NCBI GenBank assembly: GCA_951406725.2
Contig: OX597830.1
Location: forward strand, 558,001-622,000
DNA from: Octopus vulgaris
Taxonomy: Eukaryota
Direction of reading: 5' to 3'
Length of the DNA: 64,000 nucleotides
Of this stretch, positions 9,487-24,566 are shown one piece after another. Position 1 is the first letter of the stretch, and every line of letters begins with the position of its first letter. The notes under the pieces were generated by a model, which was not told the origin of the DNA, searched no databases, and saw only the letters and a program-made list of their open reading frames with translations. A program made the position numbers and the translations under genes.

Positions 9487-12117
9487 ACTGAATTTAAATA
9501 AGCAAGAAATATATTATCAAAGAAAAGGCCATAGCACCATCTTTAGTATCTGTTATTATTATTATTTTTATTATTATTATGGAGTTGTGCGTGTATGTTT
9601 TTGATAATCGTTTAGAACAAGTAGTTTTACACCAATTACACTATTTTCTTCTTTTTTTCTGGCCCGGGTCAAACAGTATAGTTTAAAGGCCATGGACTGA
9701 AGATGTGAATTTTCCAAGGCGCGAGCGCGCATTTTTTGTCATATTTGTTTAGAGCAAGTTGTTTTACACCTATTACACTATTTTATTTTTTGTTTTTATG
9801 ACCGGGTCAAACGCTTTAGTTTAACCCTATTTTCACATGACGAAAATAACGAATTCCGTTACTGTGTCTTAGTTTGCCCTACATTCATACAAGAAATGTA
9901 CAGTACAGTAAGTAAGTACCCCCTCGTAGAAGCGAGTGAGTGCTTTCTTGCGGTTTAATTCTTATGAGTCTGAAATGACTTGTTACATTTTTTAGGTGAT
10001 TATATTTTAACTTGTGTCTCATGTATTCCTGTTTGAATTACCTCTTGAATTTGCTTTGGAATGCTGTAAACCCATCTCATTACACCACTGTCCCTGTACT
10101 ATAACTACAAGTTCTACATCGATATGATCACTAACACCAACACCAACTCGACCATTATAAGATATATTATTTCGAATTGTTGTCTTAAACGGAATTGATT
10201 CACCCTATAGCAGTTTAATAACATCTTACCAATAAAAAGAAATATTATATCTCCTTCAGCCTCTAGAATTTTGGCAATGCTAATGTTCTGGCAGAGGTCC
10301 ATTCAACTTTAATTCATCACTGTTACTGTGGACTATGACCTTATCTCTAGCAATTAGTAATTAAACATGATACATTACAAATCTCTTGTGTAACTAATAT
10401 ACCCGAAATCGAATTCGTTTTAATATCACAAAAACATCTTTGCACCACGCCAAGACATCGAATTAAGAATTACAAAGAAAAAATAACTAAAAAGAATTTA
10501 ATACATTTTTTATTTATTTTAGTGTTATTTATTTTGTGGGTGCAGTAGTGTGGAGATAGGTATATTTGGTAAATGTTATTGTCTTTTTATTTTATTTTTA
10601 GTTTTTTTGTAGAGATTTCTTAATTCTTGTTCTTGTTTGCAGTACAACAATATCGTCTCGAATATTCTTTAAGCAAATGACAGATTCATTTCCTTAATGT
10701 TTGGTTTATGTCTGATCTGCTATAATACAAATTGAAACCAAAACAGTAAAAACATTACAAAAAGAAAGGGAAAAGGAATGAAAAAGAAGTAAAACACAGA
10801 AGCATAATAAAAAAAAGTAAAATGGCTGCCGGGCGTCTCGAAGGAAGGAAATGTTTTATAGCAAATCAGTAAAATCTACAAGTAAACAATGTAGTGGTTC
10901 TTTCTACTAATTGTGGAAGCGTGCTTAATGTCAAGAGAATTTCAGAGTTGTTGCAATTTCTTACAAGTATTTTAAGGTTGTGACAAGAATGAAACATTGG
11001 ATAATATTGAATCCATTACAGGATTATTTAACATGTGAGAAACGACAGTCAAATCTGCTGCCAGATAAAAGGAAGAATATATTATAGTCCATAGTTGCAC
11101 ATTCACTGCGCGTGTCAAAAAAAGACAAGGTGTTTACGGTTGAAACACCTTTGATTTCACTTCTGCTTGATTTGCTTCGAAGATCATCTGCTCCCAGATC
11201 AGGATAAGAAAAAAGATGCCACAGTTGATCTGTTAAAAATAGTAACCATATTCTCCTAAAATTAAACCTCACAGTCTTAAAGATAATGGATACATTGGAT
11301 AAAATAGTCCGAGATATACTGTGTATGAGGGGATCAATATGGATTACTTACAGTTCGAACACCATATATAACAATCCATTTGATCAGAATTAGGCGACAT
11401 CAAAAACATAGGAATGTTCATCTTGTAAAATACATTTCAAATATTTCCCCATTCTGTCATCTCTTTGCATGAGACGGCAAAACGTTTATCCCTAAAACAT
11501 AATGAAACACATTTTAAGGCGACCAAGTTATGCGATATGTGGAGGTTTGTAGTTTTATACTTGCCAATTAGTTTCGTACAACTCTTCTCGATTGTTGACG
11601 GTTGGATTTAGCTTCCTTTTTTTGTTTTAAAATAAGTGTTCTCCATATTCCACAAATTCCCGACTTTGTAATGTGTGACTGCGATGGTGACTAAGGTATC
11701 CTGTTTATAACATCCTCCCAAATGTTTTTATTCGAAGAAACTTTTCTATAAATGCGTATTTTAACACGACCCAGTTGTTAAGACTCTTAACAGAATGCTT
11801 TTTCTACATCGTCGATCTGTAACACACGCTGATAAAGCAATGCAACAATTAAGGAAGAGTTAATGAGGATGCCCTAATTGACAGAGAGGCAGTCCTTCCA
11901 GTCCTTTCACCTCTCTATGAGAACAGATTCCATTAAAGATAGTACCCGACGTCTGCATTACTTGCTACTTATATTGTAGTAAGCCTGACTCCTTTTCACT
12001 GTTTGTGCAGTCATTAAACCAACTTAGGGTCATCAGTTATCATCTCAACCGCCAAGAAACAATTTTCCATAACTTTACTCAGGTTTCCGCCTTCCTTTAT
12101 TCTCACTCTCTTTCGTA

Positions 12118-12189
<72 letters not shown>

Positions 12190-12676
12190 AACAGAGACAG
12201 AGAGATAGGTACATAAACAGACAGATATGCATACATAAATATAACATCGATACATATGTGTATATACGGATAAATATTGAGAGAATTTACCTGCTGCAAT
12301 GTTTTTAATAATCTTTTAGCGAATAGGCGCGATGAAGGAGGCAGCTATTGAATGAAATATTAAATAAGTCACAATTTCCCGTTGCTTATTTATAGATATT
12401 TTAGGTTTATTTCTGCTAGGTTTGATTTTAATATTTTGGTATTGACACAAAAATATTTTTAGTCTCGATTTAAACCAGAAATATGATTTAATTGGAATTT
12501 GACAAATATTCATTGAGAGGAAAAAAAGTTAACAAAAGTAAATATTGAAAGGAAAAAAATCAAATGTAGAAAGGAAGTTTTGAACATAATTAAAACAACT
12601 ATGTGAATGATAATATTCAAGAAAATTTACAATGAATAAATGCAGACGAATATGTTCACGTATATATACATACACG

Positions 12677-12718
<42 letters not shown>

Positions 12719-12791
12719 AAATAAATATATATATATATACAAAAATAAGCTTACATATATAAATGTATATATACATGTGTGTGTGTATGTA

Positions 12792-12829
<38 letters not shown>

Positions 12830-12834
<5 letters not shown>

Positions 12835-13070
12835 CAATTTAATAAATAAAACATATGCACACATACATACATATATGTACATACCTACATCTATATGTAT
12901 ATATACATGCATATATGAGTACAGGACACCACAAATAAACGTAGAACACAACGAGAAACGAAAACATAAAATCAAACAAGGAAACGGACTTTTTTTAACA
13001 ACGAATAAACAGAGTACAAATAAACAATACAAGGAACATCCCCCTTCTTCAGCTGCCCCTGTTTCGACTC
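12830..13070. repeat. Dispersed repeat R, copy 2
   Basis: Same orientation as, and homologous to, 8500-8757. Confidence 0.75.
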
Positions 13071-13905
13071 AATAATATATGCGTGTGTACTTGTATCAAT
13101 CAAATTTATAATTAAAGAATTTAGGTTTAGAACGTGGGCATTAAATGCAGTATCCAATCCTTGTTTCAAGGTAAGTCCCAGGTACTGTGCCTGCACAGCA
13201 CGTTAACCACTTATGGCTACCAGGCATCATCAGCGATACGATGCGTTCGTCGTTGGACCTATGTCCGGAATTCCGAGGTGCCCGTTGGGTATATTTTAAT
13301 TGATTGATGCGGAAGACGGAGTTTAAGTAGAAGTTGTATTTAGCCCAACAGTCGTTTCGGCTACCTTCTGCACTGCTCCCTAGTTGATGGGGAACGATGT
13401 AATGACATCGGACGCATGGCACAGTTCAGGGAACCACATCAGACAACATGATATCCTTCAAAATGTATAAGATTTACATTTTGTCCCAAGTTAGATGCTG
13501 GTGGTATTATGTAGTTGCTAGTAAATTACACCCATTGGTGAAGTGAGGATACTTGTAGTCAGGAAGTGGTTGATAACAACAGGAAATACAAAGAATCTAA
13601 TGTAAATGGGTGTGTGTGCTTATACTCGGGGTCAGGACATTTGATGGTTGGCTTTGACAGTCAAGCATGACGGCGTGGTGAAGAATTTGGTGGGAATGTG
13701 ATGTCCACCTTTAGACTTGATGGCTGCTTACAGCTACATACACACAGGCACACGCTCATACACATATATACATACATATTTGCGTGTGTGCATGTATATA
13801 TACACACACACATACGTGCACTCACCCCACCCCCACACACATTTATATACATACATACATACATACATACATACACACGCGTACATACACGCAAGTATAT
13901 ATCTG

Positions 13906-14050
13906 TTTCTTTATTACCTACAAGGGGCTAAACATAGAGGGGACAGATAAGGACAGACAGACGGATTAAGTCGATTACATCGCCCCAAGTGCGTAATTGT
14001 TACTTGATTTATCGACCCCGAAAGGATGAAAGGCAAAGTCGACCTCGGCC
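13906..14050 (-). mobile_element. SINE family A, 3' half
   Basis: Minus strand central domain plus tail AGCCCCTTGTAGGTAATAAAGAAA. Confidence 0.85.
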
Positions 14051-14149
14051 GACTCGACCACGCATATATATATATATATTCTTCAGACATTTAGGCATGC
14101 ATCGTATGTGGTTGCATGTTGATCACTAAAAGAGCATATAAAAATGTAT

Positions 14150-14720
14150 TTCGTTGTGTGGGCTACATCCTAGGTATGGCTTTGAGGGTACTGGAATGTT
14201 TGTACTGTAGTAAGTGAAGATAGATTTCTTAGCGTGTATGCAGCTTGTAATTCTTTCAGTCAATTTGTTAATAACTATTTCTCTAGTTAGTAAAATGGAC
14301 AAATATTCTTCCGAGCATAACCCATACCTCCTAGAAATGGTTTTGTATATTGTCTGTGGAGCATAATTTCCACAGAAAATCCACCAGTGATGTTGTATGC
14401 CTCTTAGTTATATTATAAAGCTTGAGCTGTGGTTGCGGTATCGATTCTTGAATGAATCGGCCATGGCACCTATGTACACGTACGGACCTCATCGTGTGTG
14501 CACTGTGCATTTATATACTAGATTGCGAGTGGTGCAGAGGTTACCGAGTGGGCACCTTGATTTGTCCCTACAGCATCTATTGCTGGCTATTGTTAGTGAC
14601 CGGCGGTTGTTTACAGTTGGTCTCCTAGTTCTCTTTGCATGTCAGTTCGTGTTCACTTTATTATTGTTATGCGGGATCTCGGGGTTACTTAGGATTTGGC
14701 TGTTGTTATATATATATAGT
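14150..14720 (-). mobile_element. Penelope-like element relic (GIY-YIG endonuclease region)
   Basis: Minus strand CCRDKSRCPLGNLCTTRNLVYKCTVHTR*GPYVYIGAMADSFKNRYRNHSSSF...KRHTTSLVDFLWKL: Cys-rich linker, VYK..YIG and R..NH motifs, with stops and frameshifts. Confidence 0.8.
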
Positions 14721-15451
14721 TACTTCAGTTTCTTGGCTTTAGAAAAATACGAAATTCCTTGTAAAAGAACGACTGGATTGTAAAAATTAATTCAAATGTC
14801 TGTGTTATGAGCGTGAGCGTTCACTATTCAAACATACAACAATTGCAATAAAAAAAAAACACACTTCAACTGATGATACGATCAATTAAGTGCAATCCAC
14901 AACCATCAAAATTCACTTCATTACACCTCACAAACATCCAATTGAAACCCTTTCATGTCCCAGATAGTCGCTTGTCACCACAACATACAACAATAAAATA
15001 ATGAGGTATATAAATGTATTTAAGTATCTAAGTCTTCTCCTATGTATATATATATATATAGTATTTAATGTTATATTTAAATTATTGGATTGACAATTGA
15101 ATATCTCTATATTTAATTTATATATTTATATGTATGTGTTTGTACGTGTTTGTGTGTGTGTGAATGTGTGTATATGTGTATGTGTGAGCAGATATTTATA
15201 TGTGTACGTATATGTACACACGTGTATATGTACAGAGAACTTTATAATTTAATTCATTTCTATAATTTCGGCATTAAATCTTATTACAGCTAGTTTTTGT
15301 GACTCAAGACTTTTTATGAACTTCTTCCTCAATTCAACCTCTCATAGGATTTAATTATACGGCTCTTCTCAGTTTGTATGCAGTGTATATGAAGGAACAT
15401 TATGAGAGTTGTTCTCTCTATATATACGAGCAAATCTATTCAGGTTTTCTT

Positions 15452-15503
<52 letters not shown>

Positions 15504-16697
15504 AGCAGCTCTATTAATGTGAACATTATCGGCCGTGTATGTGTTTTGAGCACACACGCTTTGAATTCTTAATTTAATGTTCTTTGCTGTGTGACACGCC
15601 GTAGCACATCAGCAAATAAACTTCTCCGTATTGCGTACCAGACAAATGATCCATTTTATTTCTAGCTAATCTGAATACGTGGTATTGATAAGGGTCAATA
15701 ATGGTGAGATATCGGTATCTACCACTCTCGATCACTTTGGCGGGAGTTTTCTCACCTTGTCTGGGACAATCACTGTTCCTTAACACTCAGCATCGCGTAG
15801 GAAGGTTTCTTAGGGCGCTTTCCGGCTGCAAGCGGGTGTTAAAACAAAACAAATACACACATGTGTTACCGATAACACGCACACATATATATAAGTAACA
15901 ATGGAGGTCAGTCAATTCATTACAACCGTTTCTAACGAATTTTTAATTGATCAATAAGTACATTATATCATTACAAAAAACTGTTTTCCTCTGATGAATA
16001 GATAAATTTTACAATTGAGGAAATTTAGAAAAATCTTTAAATCCACGACACATACATATTTGGTGATTCCACAGTCGACGCTTACCGATTAAAAAATGTT
16101 CCTTAATGTCCTTGATCGGAATAAGTTATGTGTTCATGTGATGCAAACCGTTTTTACAATGATATATTGTACTCATTGATACATTAAAATAATCCTTAGA
16201 AACAGCTGTAGCGAATAGATACTTATCTATCAATTTATCTATTTACCATTCATCTCTCTCGGATTCAGCCCCTCCCGTGTTCCGAAGTATATTAAAATTG
16301 TATATTTATAAAATGTAGGCTTCTGAATATCGCAAGTGCTGAGTATATTACTCAGATGGTTTCAATTAATTGCATCCATTACCCGATACCTTATCATTTT
16401 GCCAATACTACTATACCCAGGTTGGCATTTGTCTATAATTCTATGATTGTTGTGTATGCCTTTTAGCCATTCTTATCGATCCTGGTCATTCTGAGTGAAG
16501 GCATTCGTTTCCATTTTCAAATATCCCTAAGGATTTCACAAACTTTCCAGTATACATACATGTGTGTGTGTGTGTATGCAGGGAGCGAGGGAGATTTTTG
16601 AAGTCTTGTACAGATATTGCATATTTAGAATAAGGTAGTCAGAATGTTGGGTGATTTATGTATATATATATATATTTATAAAATTGAATAAGGGTAG

Positions 16698-16772
<75 letters not shown>

Positions 16773-17559
16773 TTTTAGCGCTTAGTTCCGTTATCGAATT
16801 GATCTAAAAGTGGTTTAAAGTTGGATTTCCTGGCCTTTTTATATATAAAAAATTTATGAGGTTTGCTAAGCAAGGGAGAAGAAAGAAGAAACCATTTTTT
16901 GAGAAGGAGCGGGAGGTAAAGAGGAGGGGCTTTTGCATTGGTATGGTCAGACTTGTTCGTTTAGTACTTAGTGAACTTTTAGCGCGGGGAAGTAAATATT
17001 TTTTTGTATTTGAATTGGTCAAGGTTTTAATTGAAAAACCAGATGTTGTTTTTAATTTTCTTCATTAAAAGTTATAATTGCATTTCCATGTATTGTTTCT
17101 TTATTCCTTTGTATTTATTAATGTGGGGGTGGTAAAGGGGCGTGGTCTTCGTATTAGTGTGGTCAAATATTTGCAGTGGTCAAGGTTCTTAATTGAAAAA
17201 CCAGATGTTGCTCTTGACCTTACCCAGGAAAAATTATAATAGCATATTCAGGTCTTTTTTTTTTTATTCTTTTGCATAATTTCTATACAAGAACGTTTAA
17301 ATAAAGAAAATTTGTTCATCGAATAGTAAAATATATAAAAAATATATTAAAACTAAGTAGTGTGTGCATTTACCTTTTCTTAATTTATATATATATATTT
17401 TGCATTACAACTCACCACATGGCGATAATCCAAATTCCTCCTTATGTGTGTATACGAACATACATTTTTAATACACTATACATATCTACATTTGTATTTG
17501 TGTGCGTATAATGCCAAATTTTACTCGCGTGTGTGTATATTTTCATCCAGCGCGTCTTT

Positions 17560-18154
17560 TTCATGTTTGGAGTCAACTTATGTGTACGAGTGTTTCAGAC
17601 GTTTTCAAGATGGCGGGAAAATGTCGATATTGACGAACGTTTTGGGAGACCCGCAAGCAGCAGAACTGAGAAAAACATCGCAGACGTCCGTGTAATTGTG
17701 ATGAGAAACCGTCGAATCACCATCTGTGAATTATTAGAGGATATGCAGATTAGTTATGGTTCAGTTCAGTGCCTTATCACCGAAGATTTGGGAATGAGAC
17801 ACGAGTATGCTAAGTTTGTGCGCGAACTGCTTTCAGCTGACCCAAAAGACACTCAGATTTGAGTTGCACAAGATTTCTTTGATACTGTCGAGAACGATGA
17901 AAGCATTTTGAGCAAGTATCGCCAAGCTTTTGGAAAAAATTTGATGCTGATTTTATGCTCAACTTTTCCTGTCATGATCAATGCGACGAACACATGCTGC
18001 ACACCTTCCTTCCAAGCGCTGCTGTGAACAACGTTTAAACTTAGTGCGCATGCACAGCACAGGTCAAATCAATCTGTGTCAAGCTACTTTACTTTGTGTA
18101 ATTTAGCTTCGTTATTATAACAACAATCCGGATACTTATTGATCAGCCCACGTA
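17560..18154 (+). mobile_element. Rearranged mariner relic (HTH region on +, inverted 5' end and TIR at about 17908-18154)
   Basis: + strand VYECFRRFQDG..DERFGRP...NRRITICEL...EDLGMR..AKFVREL; minus strand EHKISIKFF..LGDTC; ends CCGGATACTTATTGATCAGCCCACG-TA. Confidence 0.8.
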
Positions 18155-19399
18155 TTCATACCGTAAGTCATTAGCAATATTAATTTTCTTTTTCATTTAT
18201 GAAAATGACATTACCATTTTAATTCTTTCTTTAACGGATTGTCCAAGGCAAGTTATCAACTTAATAAATCTAAGTCTACCTTTCCGGCTTCTCTGCAGTA
18301 AAGCCAACAACATTTTTGGAATTTGTAGCAAAGATTCTCCTTTTGAGAAGATGCCAATAACGATACTTGTGAACACTTGAACCATACTTCATCTCTCTAA
18401 GTCTATTCTTGTACTTTGAAATGATTAAGTTAACATTCAACAAGTAATTCACTTATAATTGACGATTATTTAACAGAAATATGATTAAAAATATTTAATT
18501 TATAACAATCGCAGACAGGAAGATGTTAAGAATGTGAATTGAATTGTTTTATTTCTTGTAATGACAGATTTTATCGCTGTTTAGGCGCTGCTCTCGGTTT
18601 ATTCTTCTTTTCTTTATTTCCTGCTTGTCTGTCAGCGAATGTTGAGTATCGTGGGCCCAGCTAGCTATACAGGATATTATATGTCTATCAATTTATTACA
18701 CGATGGTTCCTTATCCCATCGACCTCCAGGAAGATCAAAGGCAAATTTAACCACCAGATTCGTCCTCAGAGCATAAAGTGTTGTAACTAACATGCTGAGA
18801 CTATTCAGCATTCCACCAAACCAAATTTTTTACCTAAAAATAATTGTCGGAAAACGTTGAAAATCGATAACTTATGGCATTCAGCTTTAACGGTTTATTC
18901 CTCTTTGTTTTGTGTAGATTTTTAGCCCAAACTCCTGATTGCAGTTGATATTTTATCTATTTCAAATTAAGATAGAAAATACAAAATCGAATTTAAAATG
19001 TGTATTAAAATAAAATAAAAAAAAAGTAAAGTATATGTTTGTTTCCGAAGACAAAATAATTATAAGTATCACAGTTTATAATCAATGAAGTCAACTGGTT
19101 TCAATATTATTTAGCCGCCAGCATCTGTCTGTGTTTCTAATCAGCTTGTGCATGTGAACATGTACACATACATCCATGCAGGCATACAAACATACATGTG
19201 TGTGTTTATTGTGTGTGTGTTTCGTTCGTGCGTGTCAATAACTATATGGAAGGATGTAATTTAACATTATTCAACTTTAATTATAAGCGTGTATTAATAT
19301 CTTTTATTTCAGCATAACATGCCATGTATTCCATGAGCCGATAATTGTATAATTATTTCTGAATTTACCTTCATCATATGGCATTACTATATAAGCAGC

Positions 19400-19850
<451 letters not shown>

Positions 19851-22029
19851 TAAGTATTTTTTATATTCTAGTTGACTACAAAGTGAAAGCGATATCGTTT
19901 TTCTTGCATTCTGAAAAGTATTCTTTGGAATTATGAATTTAAAAAACTTAAAAAATATGATGATATTTCTTTGGTGCCAATTTTCTAATGATGGTGATAT
20001 GCAGTTGAAAGATTTTAAATTCCTTTTTGTAGTAATTCTTTTGTTCTCCTCCAGTTTTTGTGGTCCAAACTTGATCTTTGTCTGGTCCTCCTCATCCATA
20101 CTCTTATAGTTTGTGCAAGTTTGTAAACTCTGTTGATGCTTGAGACTCAAATAAATGTTTGAGCTTCAACAACTAAGCTTCAGCAACCAACAATTATATT
20201 AAGTCTCTACTCTCCGAAGCAGATTAATAATGTTGTTGCTATATTGAGAGATGTTTTGATTCTTTATTTTTATGAGTTGCCGAATCTAGAAATGATAGCT
20301 GTCAATTTAGAAGCTTATGTGGTTTATCTAGTTGGTAGAAATACTAACCGAAATAGCCTTCTTGTAAAGTCATATCCTACTGTCTGTAAAATGATTATAT
20401 AGTTACAATTAATTGTTTCTGGACCAAATGAACAGAATGACAGTTAGAACGGTGTGAGCGTAGGTGAATCAACCATCACATCAATTATGAATCAATGATT
20501 TCCTATCAATGTTTTTTCACGAAGATGGGGCAAACATTTTCAAGTAGGGCAAGATGGGGCAAACATTTTCATTGAGATGTGCGTACAATACGTGCGTAGA
20601 TTTGTTTGCACGGAGTATGATCATACAAATACGACTTTGTTGGTTTCTGTATTAGTAAAAATGTGAGAATGCTTTGTTATATTAGGTTATTAAAATAGAT
20701 ATAGCTGCAGTTAGAAGAGATAGTTACTTTTTTTAAAAAAATGGTTTTTAATACAGAGGCAACGAAACAAAACTTGCAAGAAGTAGATCGTGGATTAAAT
20801 CAATCAAACAACTTCATTGGTTATTATTCTATTAAACTTAAGAGACGAAAACTATTCCTGCCCGCAGAAATGCGCTTAATAAGTACAGGTTAGAAACTAA
20901 ATACTGAGTGCTCTGGACACTGCTAAAGAAAAAAGGTACTTAACGTCACATTTATATTGGAAGCAGAAGCATGAAAAAATAAGATTCAGAGAGAAATATT
21001 GAGGGCAAGAGAGATAACGGATTGAGAAAGATTAAAATTCTCGATTCCCTTGATGATTAATCAGGAAAAATGTTTACACACAACACCCTAAGCTGACAGA
21101 ATTTCAGCTGAAAATGACGGCAAACCGTATTAAGATAAAACATGTCTGCACATTGATTTATGGGACGTAGCGATTCAAGTAGGGACCGTTGAAGCAAACG
21201 TTTAGGTAATAATATGGTATAGAACTGAAAAACAAGGAACGGTCCAGTACGGGCAAGATTTGGTCAAGTGGTACATATATATATAGGTCTAAATATCTGT
21301 CTCTGTCTGAGTCAGTATGTTTGTCTATTGATTGTCTATAAATATGTAGATGTATATACACACACGCGCATATATATATATCATCAAACAGGCTAGTTCT
21401 AAAATCCTTGTAAGTGATAAACGCCAGTAACTTGTTCGAACGGACGTTAATGCGATATTTTAACGAGATTGTTTTCTTGTAGTAAAATCAACGACTGAAC
21501 GTTACTCAAATTTATATATCTTGCGAAGGGAAGCGAACTACTGCCATCTCCCAGAAAATAGCTTGAAACTGGCTCATCTACTGATCCCGTCACTAGAAGT
21601 GGGTAGGGGTTCGCTCCCCAGCTTGCAATACGTCGAATGAAGGTGTGCATTGTTAACCAGCTCGATGAAATATCCTCTTGGGGTTAAAAAATCGCAGTAA
21701 GGTCCGTTCGAAGGGAAGAGCCAGGTTGAAGTGACGACAAACATTATTAATGTATGTATTTTTTCCGGTATTAGGGGAAATAAACTATATTGATTAATAC
21801 CCGGAAATTTATGATTTGCAATACCAACTAATATCACAGGTATTAATATAAACTCAAACCCACCTATTGTGTATAATTGTTTTAATTATATAAAAAGATT
21901 ATACGAACTGCTGTAATAATACTCCCTTCTCAACACATGTAATACATACGTACTTATGGATATGTTTGTACGTAATGTATATGTATGCATATATATGGTT
22001 GTGTATGTATATGTGTATACATATATAGC

Positions 22030-22850
22030 AATAAAAACATAGTTTTGATCTCTGAGGACAACCCCAACAGAATTAAATTTTTGTCTAATAATTCTAAGAT
22101 CAAGAATTCTATATACCAGTGTAAAATTTCTTGCTTCTACATAGGCGCATCCTCTTCCCAGTTATCTAAGAGAATTTCCAATCATTACTCATCATTTAGG
22201 GATAGCAGTAAACGTCATAGCACAGGGCTAAGTAAATTGGTTTGGCATCGTAAAGACAACAATAAAGATTTTAAGTTAGATTGGTTCATCCTGGGCATAT
22301 CATTTCCTAACGATAAGGGCAAGGGATTTTGTAACATTTGCAACTCTGAACTCTTCCATATTCTCTAAGAATTACCTTGTTAACACACTTATAGAGCGAT
22401 CTTACAAATGTAAACACTGGCAGAAACATACCTTTAGCTCATATAAGTGATTTCGCCAGTCTTTATAGTTTGAACATTTAGTTTAACTTGCACTTTACTT
22501 CAATAGAGAAATCTACTTCTAAGCCTTTGAACTTTTTTCAGTCAACGTATCCCTCTTTATTTGTTCTCTATTTATTATTTCTTTAACCCTTCTCTTCCTA
22601 GTATCTGCATTTGACGTCGAATCTACTAACGGTTTTTTTATAATACTTAATAACGTTCTGTTTATCATTTAGGCAGTCATCGTAATTGCTATAATGTATT
22701 GTTGTTGAGATAGGCTCTCTTTCTTTCCTGATGAGAAGATTGCATTTTACACCGTTTATTCCTTTGGAATAAAACCAATGTTGTCTTCGAAACATATGTC
22801 GAAATTAAAAGAATTTTAATAACATCTTCGTTCAATTCCATTTATTTACT
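22030..22850 (+). mobile_element. Penelope-like element 3' part: GIY-YIG endonuclease remnant plus pLTR with hammerhead
   Basis: NSIYQCKISCFYIGASSSQLSKRISNHYSSFRDSSKRHSTGLSKLVW...W.IL...CNICNSE, then LN...CKH; hammerhead downstream; TA-rich tracts at both ends. Confidence 0.85.
22724..22804 (+). ncRNA. Minimal type I hammerhead ribozyme, intact core
   Basis: TTTC-CTGATGA-GAAGAT...GTCTTC-GAAA-CATATG-TC-GAAA: stem I TTTC/GAAA, stem II GAAGAT/GTCTTC, palindromic stem III ACATATGT, GUC cleavage triplet. Confidence 0.85.
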
Positions 22851-23389
22851 TATATATATATATATATATATATAAATAGAACAAAAAACACAATAGAGGA
22901 CATTAAAACGTTCGGACAGATGGATGATACAATTGTTGTTTCTCAGACAGCCACCCCCCCCCAAAAAAAAAGCCGGTTATTCGTGGCTTTCTTTCCTCAA
23001 TCAAGTTCCAGAAGTCATGACCATTTCGGGCTGTTACACTTTAGTTGGTTCGATCTGGTTGCCCCCCCCCAAAAAAAAAGATAAATGAATGGGAAATAGT
23101 GGGAGTTAAAGAAAGTGAAGGCTAAGATATGTGAAAGAAGGGAAGCGAGAAAAGGGAAGAAAAATGAGAAGGGGAATAAAAGATAGAATAAAAGATATAT
23201 ATATACAACGTTCCGACACAGACATTGAACAAATAGAAAAAAATATTAAAAATGGCAAATGGATGCTGTTGAAATGTTTGCTTCGTATGAAGTTAATAGT
23301 GAAGTACAAAGAGTTAATAAATTTCTATACGGGCCTCATTCGCTGCACGAAGGATATCTAAGCAATATTCAACTTTTGTCCAGGTCTGC

Positions 23390-23950
23390 CTTAATACACC
23401 TTCACCTATTGTCGCCATGGCGGTAGTTTTCCTTTGTTTAACGTCATCGAAATCCTTTACGTCAGTGCGGTGCACGATATCTTTCATATAGACTCTCGAA
23501 AAACAAAATGTCCATGGGTGTTGTATCTTGAGAGCGGCTAAGGAAATTGGTTCACATATTCTTATTTATCTAAAAGTCGGCGGACGTTTATTCCCCAATC
23601 AGGCGAGGGGGATCATCTCGCTGTGTTATAACGTATTCTTTTATAATATCAAGGTAAGTGTCAGCTGTTATTGTCTTTTCCAAAAGAAAATGAAATAGAC
23701 CAATAACTTCCTTCAACAAAAGCACGCGCCATACATTGGCCTCCGGATTATCATGTTCGATTCCCTCAGTAATGTGGGGCTGTTTTGATCTCCAAATTGT
23801 TAAACTTTTCAGCCACACTGAAGGTTACCTCATCCGTGTTGCAAATACAATTAAGGAAGTTATCATCGATTTTTTTGCAGAATTGAAGATTTTTGAGCAT
23901 TGGCAAAGTTATTGATCAGTTCGAAACAAATAACTGTAACACTGGCTTCT
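23390..23950 (-). mobile_element. Tc1/mariner-superfamily transposase relic
   Basis: Minus strand ..NTDEVTF..IWRSKQPH..E..DNPEANVW..VIGLFHF..EKTITADTYLDII.. and RSQDTTPMD (decayed RSPDLTPxD). Confidence 0.7.
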
Positions 23951-24384
23951 ACGAAATGCGATATAACATTTAAACTAGTCACATGAATATCTGTATATAC
24001 ATTTATGTTATGGATGAAGAAAAAGCAATCAGCTATAATCAAATGTCCTACAACTTATTTGCAGATATTCACAGATATAGCACAATTTTTAATTCTCTCA
24101 ACTTCATATCCTTTTCTAACCTCTGTTCTACTTATTCATCTTCATCTTCGATTTTCACAAATTTAATCTGCAGAATCACCTCCGTTTTCTTTTTCACTGA
24201 TCTAAATAGTTTTATCGCACTCATCTTCCTTCCTCTATCTTTTTCCTTCAATCTCTAATCATTTTGTCCATCTCCACTTTTCTTTATCACTGTCCATATT
24301 TTTAATAGTTTTCGTCGTTATTTCTAGTGCGATTATTTTTTGTCATCGCCCAATCTTATTTTCTCAACTTTTTAGTCGTTAAAA

Positions 24385-24429
<45 letters not shown>

Positions 24430-24519
24430 TACTACTATCAAATTTTGGCACTCAACCAGCAATTTCGAGGAGAGGCAACTCGTTTAAGTGAACCCCATTA
24501 CTCAACTGACACGTATTTC

Positions 24520-24560
<41 letters not shown>

Positions 24561-24566
<6 letters not shown>

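Noticed and set aside
9590-9825. Imperfect direct repeat of about 90 bp, and short duplications near 17016/17177, 20525/20553 and 54292
   Set aside because: Two-copy local duplications with no repeat-spacer periodicity; not CRISPR-like and no evidence of function
13180-13440. Minus-strand CTGATGA-TGCCTG...CAGGCA hairpin downstream of the Penelope relic
   Set aside because: No GAAA directly after the stem, so it does not fit the hammerhead core
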